64,000 bases of DNA, taken from IMG/VR virus record IMGVR_UViG_3300017991_003073; one strand, given 5' to 3'. Positions 1-6,780 of this stretch are shown here, piece after piece. The position numbers were made by a program, and so were the translations under genes. Origin of the DNA: an uncultured virus (IMG/VR IMGVR_UViG_3300017991_003073). Lineage: Duplodnaviria; Heunggongvirae; Uroviricota; Caudoviricetes. A model generated the notes under the pieces. That model searched no databases. It saw nothing but the letters and a program-made list of their open reading frames with translations, and was not told the origin of the DNA. Numbering within the stretch: position 1 is the first letter of the stretch; every line of letters begins with the position of its first letter.

Positions 1-158
1 CTGGTCGTACTCGTCCCACCCGCATCGACGTTCTTCGGTACTTTCACGGGGAAGCCCACACTCCTCGCACTCGCTTCCAGCGGGGCTGACCTCCCCATCG
101 GGGGACACTTCCCAATCCCCATCCCCGCCTTGCGGCGGGGATTCCAGGTGCGAAACTA

Positions 159-398
159 CTACTTGATGCGGACATGCCCCTCCCACGCGGGGACCAGGGC
201 GTCTACCTGGTCCCCGCACCCGTCGAATTGAATCGAAACCACCGTGTCGGCGTCGATCACCATCACGGCTTTGTTGAGGTCGTCCGGCAGGGACGCCTCA
301 TCGGGCGTCCCCAAGATATCGACCGGGTGGGACGCCCCTGGGGCGTCGTCGCCCTCGAACCAGTACCAGCGGCGGCGGACAAGGGTGGAATTGGACAT
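159..398 (-). CDS. hypothetical protein (79 aa)
   Basis: ORF track; lies in a run of small acidic minus-strand ORFs. Confidence 0.55.
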   Translation of the reverse strand: MSNSTLVRRRWYWFEGDDAPGASHPVDILGTPDEASLPDDLNKAVMVIDADTVVSIQFDGCGDQVDALVPAWEGHVRIK

Positions 399-493
399 GA
401 TAGTGCCTTTCAGGCTGCGGGGCTGGCCCCTAGGGAAAACGAACGAACAGATAGAAGCCTCCGGGCGGGGCTTGTAGTTAATGGAGGGTAGAC

Positions 494-736
494 CTAGGAA
501 AACTCTACATCCGAGATTTCATCACCCAGGAGGGGCGATCCGTTCCAGGGATCGAAATCGCTTTCCGGGTCTGGATCCTCGTACAGCGTGTACGATGGCG
601 TGTCGAACGGGCTGCTGCGGTCTACCACACGCTCCACGATCCCCGCGTCCGGGGCGTAGGCGTATGACACCACTTGTATCTGTCCCTGGCACTCGGGTGG
701 GACATGGAAGGTCAGTTCAGAGATATCGATTTTCAT
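494..736 (-). CDS. hypothetical protein (80 aa)
   Basis: ORF with purine-rich RBS (GAAGGGGAAG); acidic, protein-like composition. Confidence 0.7.
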   Translation of the reverse strand: MKIDISELTFHVPPECQGQIQVVSYAYAPDAGIVERVVDRSSPFDTPSYTLYEDPDPESDFDPWNGSPLLGDEISDVEFS

Positions 737-754
737 CGTCTTCCCCCTTCAGGA

Positions 755-1366
755 TTAAGGTTGCCGATGCGCTTCCTGGTCAGGCCAGGATTGCAGCCGA
801 TCCGGGTGAGGCGGCGTATGCGGGTTGCGTTTCGCGAGGCACAACCTACAGAAGTAGGCCCCAAAATCGCCCGGAACCTCTACCCAGTAGACTTCGTCCT
901 CATCATAGGGGACGGCGTGATGCAGCGTCCGGGTTGTTGTGCCACACCCTGCACAGGCGCTCACCGCCTGCGCCTTCAGAACCGGGCAACAGCAAGAGCC
1001 GAACGTCGCAGTGCAAGGCCCCCAAGCAACGTGTGTGCGGACCATCTCTCCGAGAGCGATCTCACGGCCACAGGCCTCGCAAAGAGTTGTGTCGCCGTCT
1101 TCGTGTTGCTCCAGCCTCTCGATGATGCCGATCTCCTCTACTTCTAGCGATTCGGTATCGCTAAGCAGACTGTGGGACCTCTCCGTACTGTCGAGATCCT
1201 CTTCGATCTCTGCGTAGAGAAGGTCGCAGTCCTTGTAAGCGGCTTGAAAAGCCTCCCAGGTGAGGAACCGCTGGTCTTCTACCTTCGCCTCGGAAATGTC
1301 GATCTCACCGGTAGCACACCGAACCCCAGAACGCAGGGTTACATGTAAGGCATTGTTTGGTTGCAT
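755..1366 (-). CDS. hypothetical protein with Cys-rich Zn-binding motifs
   Basis: CEAC, CAGC and CRLC pairs; GGAG upstream of ATG. Confidence 0.7.
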   Translation of the reverse strand: MQPNNALHVTLRSGVRCATGEIDISEAKVEDQRFLTWEAFQAAYKDCDLLYAEIEEDLDSTERSHSLLSDTESLEVEEIGIIERLEQHEDGDTTLCEACGREIALGEMVRTHVAWGPCTATFGSCCCPVLKAQAVSACAGCGTTTRTLHHAVPYDEDEVYWVEVPGDFGAYFCRLCLAKRNPHTPPHPDRLQSWPDQEAHRQP

Positions 1367-1384
1367 AGTTGGTTCTCTCCATCC

Positions 1385-1792
1385 TTATCCGAGAAGGATT
1401 TGTGCGGCCTTCAAAACACCGGCTCTGGCGATCTCTTCCGAGGTCATCTTGGCCCCTACTGGATCCCAGGATTCGTCGTTCTCCCAATCCCAGCCCAGGT
1501 TGTGATGGAGGATTTCGAAGATGCGGTTCTCCGCGTCACAAGCATCGTCATCGGCCTCCACTTCGCTAGCCAACTGGAGGATGGCCCCAAGGATCAGGTA
1601 GGGATTCTCCGGCTTACGCTGCGAGGCCCAATCGTGACGATAGGTCGCCAACGACGGGGCGTGGATCTCTGCGAGGCAGTGTTCGCACCGCCAGACGATC
1701 CATTGGCAGTCTCCGCTTGTGTAACGGCCCACCTCTTTGCAGACGCCGTTGCACTCAGATTCGACAAGGTGGTTATGGGTAACGTCGCTCAT
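1385..1792 (-). CDS. hypothetical protein (start re-chosen at MSDVTHNHL)
   Basis: Part of ORF 1385..1912. The ATG at 1792 follows the conserved leader element. Contains CEHC. Confidence 0.65.
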   Translation of the reverse strand: MSDVTHNHLVESECNGVCKEVGRYTSGDCQWIVWRCEHCLAEIHAPSLATYRHDWASQRKPENPYLILGAILQLASEVEADDDACDAENRIFEILHHNLGWDWENDESWDPVGAKMTSEEIARAGVLKAAQILLG

Positions 1793-1794
1793 AC

Positions 1795-1857
1795 CGCATC
1801 TTTCGTTGCTCCCTAAACCGGCCTCCGGGTCACTGGGGAGCATCAGGCTCCGGAGGC
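1795..1857 (-). ncRNA. putative structured cis-regulatory RNA leader (pseudoknot), copy 1
   Basis: Stem GCCUCCGG/CCGGAGGC; loop GCUCCC is complementary to downstream GGGAGC; homologous to 2106..2170. Confidence 0.55.
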
Positions 1858-1925
1858 TTACGCAACTGCGTAGAAAACGCAGTGTCCCCGACCTTCGCCC
1901 TCCGGAGACCATAAGGGACTTATAG

Positions 1926-2105
1926 CTACAGCCACTCCGGCGGGACGCGCTTCATGCGAGCCACACGGGCTTCGTAGCACTCCAGGCAGAGGAAGGTACC
2001 TTCCCAGCATTCCCAATCGTCGGACGCACCATCCGCACCGCAGTCTTCGCAGCGGTGCGTTTCCGTCTGGGCCTTCAACACCAGCTTCGGCATTGCCGTT
2101 TCCAT
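1926..2105 (-). CDS. small Zn-finger protein (59 aa, below the ORF-track cutoff)
   Basis: Manual translation METAMPKLVLKAQTETHRCEDCG...FLCLECYEARVARMKRVPPEWL; RBS GAGGAG. Confidence 0.75.
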   Translation of the reverse strand: METAMPKLVLKAQTETHRCEDCGADGASDDWECWEGTFLCLECYEARVARMKRVPPEWL

Positions 2106-2170
2106 CGCATCTCTCCTCGTTGCGCCCTTGTGGGCCTTCGGAGTCGCTGGGGCGCTCAGGCATCCGAAGG
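2106..2170 (-). ncRNA. putative structured cis-regulatory RNA leader (pseudoknot), copy 2
   Basis: Stem CCUUCGGA/UCCGAAGG; loop GCGCCC is complementary to downstream GGGCGC; compensatory changes versus copy 1. Confidence 0.55.
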
Positions 2171-2190
2171 TCGAGCCAATCGGCTCACCC

Positions 2191-2207
2191 TATATAGTGG
2201 TGTATCC
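2191..2207 (-). promoter_or_regulatory. shared promoter-like motif TAC(A/G)(C/T)CACTATA
   Basis: Minus strand GGATACACCACTATATA; recurs upstream of at least 7 genes. Confidence 0.6.
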
Positions 2208-2261
2208 GCAGACTCCTGACAGGATCGACGTTTTTCTCAGATTTTTTTTTCTCTGGCTCTG

Positions 2262-2843
2262 CTAGGCCCCAACAGGAGGGGCCTTCGCAAGGTCTAGGGC
2301 CTCCAGCACGTCCCACAGGCTGGATTCCTCTTCGTAGGCTAGGGACAGCGCAGCCTCGAAGTCCCTTGTCGAAGAGGAACAGAGCCCCCTCTGGACGATA
2401 TCTGCCAAAGCCTCCGGATCTCGGTCGAAGCAGTCCGGCCCCATAACACACGCCAGCACAACTACGACGGTACTCCGACCTACCATGATCGGTCCCAGGT
2501 TCGCTTGGAGGATCGTCTTCCAACCCAAACGGCTAGCGGCTTCTGCGACGACCTCCGTGGCGACTTCGCGCTTGCCCCGGATCTCTGGGTGATACCAGTA
2601 GACCAGTGCCTCCATGAGCGGCCTCAGGTCGGAAGGTGTCCCCCGGAACACCGACCGGTCACGGCAGTTCAGTACGTTGGTGCGGACCTGAATCTCTGTA
2701 GGCGACGTGATGGACGGAGTCCCTCCATACCCCAGTTCATACACCACCATCTGGAGAACGGCATCGAAAGGTGTTTCCTCCCGCGACACCATCAGTTCCT
2801 CGGGACCGCCGTTGGAACGGAAATACTGTACAGTAACGGACAT
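2262..2843 (-). CDS. hypothetical protein (193 aa)
   Basis: ORF track; tiles the minus-strand cluster. Confidence 0.75.
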   Translation of the reverse strand: MSVTVQYFRSNGGPEELMVSREETPFDAVLQMVVYELGYGGTPSITSPTEIQVRTNVLNCRDRSVFRGTPSDLRPLMEALVYWYHPEIRGKREVATEVVAEAASRLGWKTILQANLGPIMVGRSTVVVVLACVMGPDCFDRDPEALADIVQRGLCSSSTRDFEAALSLAYEEESSLWDVLEALDLAKAPPVGA

Positions 2844-2879
2844 CAGCGACTCTTCAGGTAGAGGAGTTGAACAGGGAAG

Positions 2880-3182
2880 CTACTCATACGAGTGCGAAGT
2901 CTCTTGCCCGGAGAGGAGGCGCACGAGATCTTCCTGGTACTCCCGCATTTCCAGGAGGACACGCTGCGCGGCCTCTGCCGTCTCCCGTACCTCGGGATCT
3001 TCCGAGGCCTGGAGAGTGGCCCTAACAGACTCCCACTCCAAGGTAAGCACCTCGAAGAACCGAGTCTTGGCTTTGTCGATAGCATCACAGATCGCCAAGG
3101 ACCTTGCCGCGTTCTGCTGGTCCTTGAGTGCTACGGGCATGATGTCGATCACCCGCGTATCGCCGTTTCCGTTGTCGCTCAT
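2880..3182 (-). CDS. hypothetical helical protein (start re-chosen at MSDNGNG)
   Basis: Part of ORF 2880..3260; GGAG upstream of the ATG at 3182; promoter motif at 3236. Confidence 0.7.
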   Translation of the reverse strand: MSDNGNGDTRVIDIMPVALKDQQNAARSLAICDAIDKAKTRFFEVLTLEWESVRATLQASEDPEVRETAEAAQRVLLEMREYQEDLVRLLSGQETSHSYE

Positions 3183-3235
3183 GGGTAGGGCTCCATGTTC
3201 GAGGACTCGCGCCGAGGAAGTCCCGGCGCACCCTC

Positions 3236-3260
3236 TATATAGTGACGTATCCTCGGACAT
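3236..3260 (-). promoter_or_regulatory. shared promoter-like motif
   Basis: Minus strand ATGTCCGAGGATACGTCACTATATA; nearly identical to 5737..5760. Confidence 0.6.
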
Positions 3261-3292
3261 CTGCCCAATCGCGCACTTTTTCTTTCGAGCCC

Positions 3293-3703
3293 CTACGATC
3301 TTGGTCCGTTGATACAGACAGCAAGCTGCTCCTCGGAGATCACCCCACTAGAAAACAACGCAGTGTATCGCTCTACTGCGTTCACCCACCGGACCGCACA
3401 CTCGTCTCGTAGCCGTCCCGCTGCTTTCCAACCGATAACGTGGTACACCAGCATTGCACTGGTGAGGATCAAAGCCGGGAGCCTCAGAGCAACCCCTGAC
3501 ACAGATCCTGCAAACATCACCACGGACCACAAGTTGTAAGCCGATAAAGCACCGAAGAGCCCAACGAATATCATTGCAGAGGACCGGCTTTTTGTGAGCC
3601 GTACCATCAGGTGCCGGAGCATAAACGGCTGTTGGAATTGAGTATCCCGAACCAGCTTCGCAAGGCCTTCCAGCCGCGCATGTCGCAAGAACCAGCGAAC
3701 CAT
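3293..3703 (-). CDS. hypothetical membrane protein
   Basis: Two hydrophobic segments (AMIFVGLFGALSAYNLWSVVMFA; LPALILTSAMLVYHVIGW). Confidence 0.7.
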   Translation of the reverse strand: MVRWFLRHARLEGLAKLVRDTQFQQPFMLRHLMVRLTKSRSSAMIFVGLFGALSAYNLWSVVMFAGSVSGVALRLPALILTSAMLVYHVIGWKAAGRLRDECAVRWVNAVERYTALFSSGVISEEQLAVCINGPRS

Positions 3704-3715
3704 CCGCCCCTCCCG

Positions 3716-3913
3716 TTAGTAGTTCGGCATGAAGTAGAACCGGAAACCGTTACGTCGAAGGGCGCTGAAGTCTCTGGCCACCTCTTCTCCGAATGCCTCC
3801 CCTAAAAGGCTAGGGTCAATGGAAGCTGCTTTGGTTTGGGTGATCTGATGTCCCCAACTCACTTTCGAAGGTTTCGAGAGCCTCCCGTAGGGTGGCGATT
3901 TCACGGAGGCCAT
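3716..3913 (-). CDS. hypothetical protein (65 aa)
   Basis: ORF track; promoter motif at 3978..3992 upstream. Confidence 0.55.
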   Translation of the reverse strand: MASVKSPPYGRLSKPSKVSWGHQITQTKAASIDPSLLGEAFGEEVARDFSALRRNGFRFYFMPNY

Positions 3914-4020
3914 AGGTGTATACCGTGGAGTCGATAAAACAAGAGGGGCCGAGACTACTGGTCCTTCCGAGAAGGTCGTATAGTGGTGTAGCTCAGATGG
4001 ATCCTGACCTGGAGGATACT

Positions 4021-4485
4021 ATGGAAGAGCGTAAGGCCTTTGTGGATGTCATTGCCATCCTGCGGACTCTGAACCTCGTTTACCACCACGCCCATATCCA
4101 AGCGGATGGCCCGAACTTCGCTGGGGACCACGCCTTGCTCCAGAGGCTTTACCTGGGGGAAGGTGAAGACAACTGCTGCGGCCCAATCCTGGAGATCGAT
4201 GGTGTGATGGAACGGTTGCAGGGTATCTACCCTGAACACCCCTTGGCCCCTCGGGAAGTAGCAGAGGGCGTGAATGCCACTATCGGCAAACGCAAGTTCG
4301 GGGCTGGCGTCGAGAGCTACCTTCGCTTCCTGCTGGGCCTTGAACTTAGGTTGCAGGAGCGGCTCGGGGAGGCGATTCGCCTTTTCGAGCAGGAGGTCCC
4401 CAACCCCGGCGTAGCGAACCTCTTCCAGACCCTTGCGGACAACCATCAGGTGAACCTCTACCTCCTCCAACAGAGGCTGACCTAG
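4021..4485 (+). CDS. Dps/ferritin-like four-helix protein
   Basis: YHHAHIQADGPNFAGDHALLQRLY and IDGVMER resemble the Dps HW..G..F...H..F..LY and D..AER motifs; GGAGG at 4011. Confidence 0.75.
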   Translation: MEERKAFVDVIAILRTLNLVYHHAHIQADGPNFAGDHALLQRLYLGEGEDNCCGPILEIDGVMERLQGIYPEHPLAPREVAEGVNATIGKRKFGAGVESYLRFLLGLELRLQERLGEAIRLFEQEVPNPGVANLFQTLADNHQVNLYLLQQRLT

Positions 4486-5468
4486 AGGTCGAGGCGGATC
4501 ACCCGGTCGATGAACGCACCGTCAGTGCCCCGGTAGTGAGGCGCAATCCAGATCCACTTGCGGAGGCTGTGCTTCGGGCCGTGGGCTTGGCTCCGATAGT
4601 GCCCTCGAACGCGGACACGGTGGTCTAGTTTACGGCCTGCGCGGCGTTCCCTTTCCGCTACCTCTTCGTGGGAGAGGTACCGAGTACGAGATCCCAGGTG
4701 GACATAGTTGAGCCACCGAGGAGGCCTCTCTTTCTTCCCCTTCTTCTTCGGAGGCTTCTGAAAGTCCGTACGGACCGCGTCTACCTTCTCACCGGTTGTG
4801 AGGTAGACCAAGAGCGTCTGGAGGAGAGCGCGTCTTGCCTCTACCTCTTCCATCTCGCTCGGGGTACTGAAAGCTGGGGCATCACCGTCGAGCGATCCGT
4901 ACCACGATTCGTAGTAGAAACCGTCGTCACGAGGGGAGGGCCTCCGCCCTCGCTGAGCCATCTGCTCGAACACCTTGCGCCGGGATCCAGTGCCAGTGGC
5001 GAACTGGTGCCAGAGAACCAAGTCCGGGCGCTGCATATCCATCCACACAGGCATCCGCGACCACTTCTCCACAGCCGTTGGCGGGAAGTACTCTACGGTC
5101 CATAGAACGAACCGCTGGTAGGTAGCGGCGTACGTCTCCTCACCGTTGGGCCAACGAACCAGGATAGCCCCTTCCGGTAGCATGAGATCGCAGTCGTCCA
5201 ATCCGCGTGGAGGCTCCGTTTCAAGCATGGCCTGGTAAAGGGCATCGGCCACGACATACCGAGCCACCGGCAGATCCTGAGTCCCGCGAAACGCTCCGCA
5301 TGAGATGAACGTGTTCAGCATCGCGAGGTTCGTGTTTACGGCCCGATGCGGATCCTCGGTTTCGTAAGCCGCGTGGTGAACGGCCAGCTGCTGCTCGACG
5401 GACTGTCCAGCGAAAGCGGCCTCTAACCGTTCGTGTAGGAACCGGATTGGTTGCTGCTTGCTGCCCAT
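4482..5468 (-). CDS. conserved phage protein with basic C-terminal VRGHxRxQxxG...WIxPHxxG motif
   Basis: HRVRVRGHYRSQAHGPKHSLRKWIWIAPHYRG; RBS AGGAG. Confidence 0.75.
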   Translation of the reverse strand: MGSKQQPIRFLHERLEAAFAGQSVEQQLAVHHAAYETEDPHRAVNTNLAMLNTFISCGAFRGTQDLPVARYVVADALYQAMLETEPPRGLDDCDLMLPEGAILVRWPNGEETYAATYQRFVLWTVEYFPPTAVEKWSRMPVWMDMQRPDLVLWHQFATGTGSRRKVFEQMAQRGRRPSPRDDGFYYESWYGSLDGDAPAFSTPSEMEEVEARRALLQTLLVYLTTGEKVDAVRTDFQKPPKKKGKKERPPRWLNYVHLGSRTRYLSHEEVAERERRAGRKLDHRVRVRGHYRSQAHGPKHSLRKWIWIAPHYRGTDGAFIDRVIRLDL

Positions 5469-5477
5469 ATACTGCTC

Positions 5478-5688
5478 CTACCGTGCTGGGATGACACCCA
5501 CATCATCCGTGACAAGGGCCAACTGATCGTTGGTCCACATCACGTCCTGGTTCAATGCTTCCAAATGGACCTCGAAATGGTCTTCCCTACACTCTGTGAC
5601 CTTGGGCTCCTGCGGGAGCCACAAAATGAGGGAATCGCTCTACGGCGCGTTTGAGGTAGATACGCTCACCTACGGGCGGATGATCCAT
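5478..5688 (-). pseudogene. small gene apparently broken by a 1-nt frameshift
   Basis: MDHPPVGERIYLKRAVERFPHFVAPAGA... in one frame. ...VTECREDHFEVHLEALNQDV...IPAR* in the next frame ends right at the RBS of the downstream gene. Confidence 0.5.
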
Positions 5689-5736
5689 GTCCTTTTTCTC
5701 CAGGTAAGGCCAACCGATACAGGATCGGTACTCTCT

Positions 5737-5760
5737 GTATAGTGGTGTATCCTCGGACAT
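5737..5760 (-). promoter_or_regulatory. shared promoter-like motif
   Basis: Minus strand ATGTCCGAGGATACACCACTATAC. Confidence 0.6.
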
Positions 5761-5787
5761 TTAGCTATTCCAGCGCAAAATCCTCAT

Positions 5788-5830
5788 AAAAAAAAGGGAG
5801 ACCCGGAACCGAATGGCTCCGGGCCTCCCC
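5788..5830 (-). terminator. rho-independent terminator
   Basis: GC hairpin (GGGAGGCCCGGAGCC...GGUUCCGGGUCUCCC) followed by U8 on the minus strand. Confidence 0.8.
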
Positions 5831-5861
5831 CGCTCTGGCCGACATGGTGGCGGGTCGGCAG

Positions 5862-6581
5862 CTAGAAGGGCGGATCCTCGTCCCCGTCCTCAGCGAACAC
5901 CTCCAGGCCTTCCCCTTCAGCAGGAGCGGCCTCGGCCTTCTCGGAGGGCGCGGGCTTCGGCTTCGCGGGCTCTTTGTCCGTCACACCGGGGATATACAGG
6001 TCCCCGAGATCCGGCAGATCCCCGATGATCTCGTCTCCGATGGCTTCGTTACGGGTGGACTGTCCGTACTGCTCGATGGCGTCCTTGATAGGCTTGCCCA
6101 TCCACTCCTCGGGTTCCATCCCGATTTCCTTCGGAGGGAAGGCAATCCCTGCGTCGGGGCTCACCAACTGCCCGAAACCGCCCGGTTCGTCCGGTGGTGC
6201 GAAGCAGATGTTGAAAGCCTTGCCCACGAGGTACTTCTCAATGGCATTCACCACCGCCTCGCGTTTCTTGTCGTCCTCGAACTGGGCAGCAGCCTTGCGG
6301 ACGATCACGTAGAGATCGTCCCGTAGCTTGCGCCAGCTTTCGTCGCCTGCCTTCCGAGCCGTGAGGTAGTTGTACACAGCCATCGGGCTCTTGATGATGG
6401 CGACGAGGAGATGGAGGCCACCGGAGAAGTACTTGTCCCCCGTCGAGGTGCGTTCATTTACGAAGCACCCCCACGACAGCACGTCCCCCACCTCGTCCAC
6501 GAAACGAAGGCGGATGAACGGGATCTTCTTCTCGCGGCTGACCTCGACACTCGCGGCAACACAAAGTGCGACCCGCCACAT
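5862..6581 (-). CDS. putative single-stranded DNA-binding protein
   Basis: Beta-rich N-terminus, flexible Pro/Ala/Glu linker and acidic tail ending EDGDEDPPF (compare the SSB tail DDDIPF); has its own promoter motif and terminator. Confidence 0.5.
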   Translation of the reverse strand: MWRVALCVAASVEVSREKKIPFIRLRFVDEVGDVLSWGCFVNERTSTGDKYFSGGLHLLVAIIKSPMAVYNYLTARKAGDESWRKLRDDLYVIVRKAAAQFEDDKKREAVVNAIEKYLVGKAFNICFAPPDEPGGFGQLVSPDAGIAFPPKEIGMEPEEWMGKPIKDAIEQYGQSTRNEAIGDEIIGDLPDLGDLYIPGVTDKEPAKPKPAPSEKAEAAPAEGEGLEVFAEDGDEDPPF

Positions 6582-6666
6582 AGGTCTCTCTCCTTCTCAA
6601 ACAGGTACAGAGGGTACGGACCGAAAACAATTCTCGTGTCGGAGGGTCCGTCTCCGAGCGCGGTAC

Positions 6667-6683
6667 CCTATCCAGTGACGTAG
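6667..6683 (-). promoter_or_regulatory. shared promoter-like motif (variant)
   Basis: Minus strand CTACGTCACTGGATAGG; identical 17-mer on the plus strand at 31588..31604. Confidence 0.55.
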
Positions 6684-6780
6684 ATGTCACACACGGGGAT
6701 ATGCGGATTTTTTTTTCTTCACCAAATGCACAAGGCCCGGAGGACCCGGACCTTGATGTGGGGAATCCTGTCAGCAGCTG

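Noticed and set aside
1..190. Possible partial minus-strand gene (...VVVSHLESPPQGGDGDWEVSPDG...CEECG...)
   Set aside because: Protein-like and open to the window edge, but the start is unclear and it overlaps 159..398; not enough support to call.
1795..2170. Assignment of the leader RNA to hammerhead, HDV-like or SAH riboswitch classes
   Set aside because: It lacks a conserved CUGANGA/GAAA core, has too few nucleotides for HDV P3/L3, and the SAH-like words are on the non-coding strand in the wrong order.
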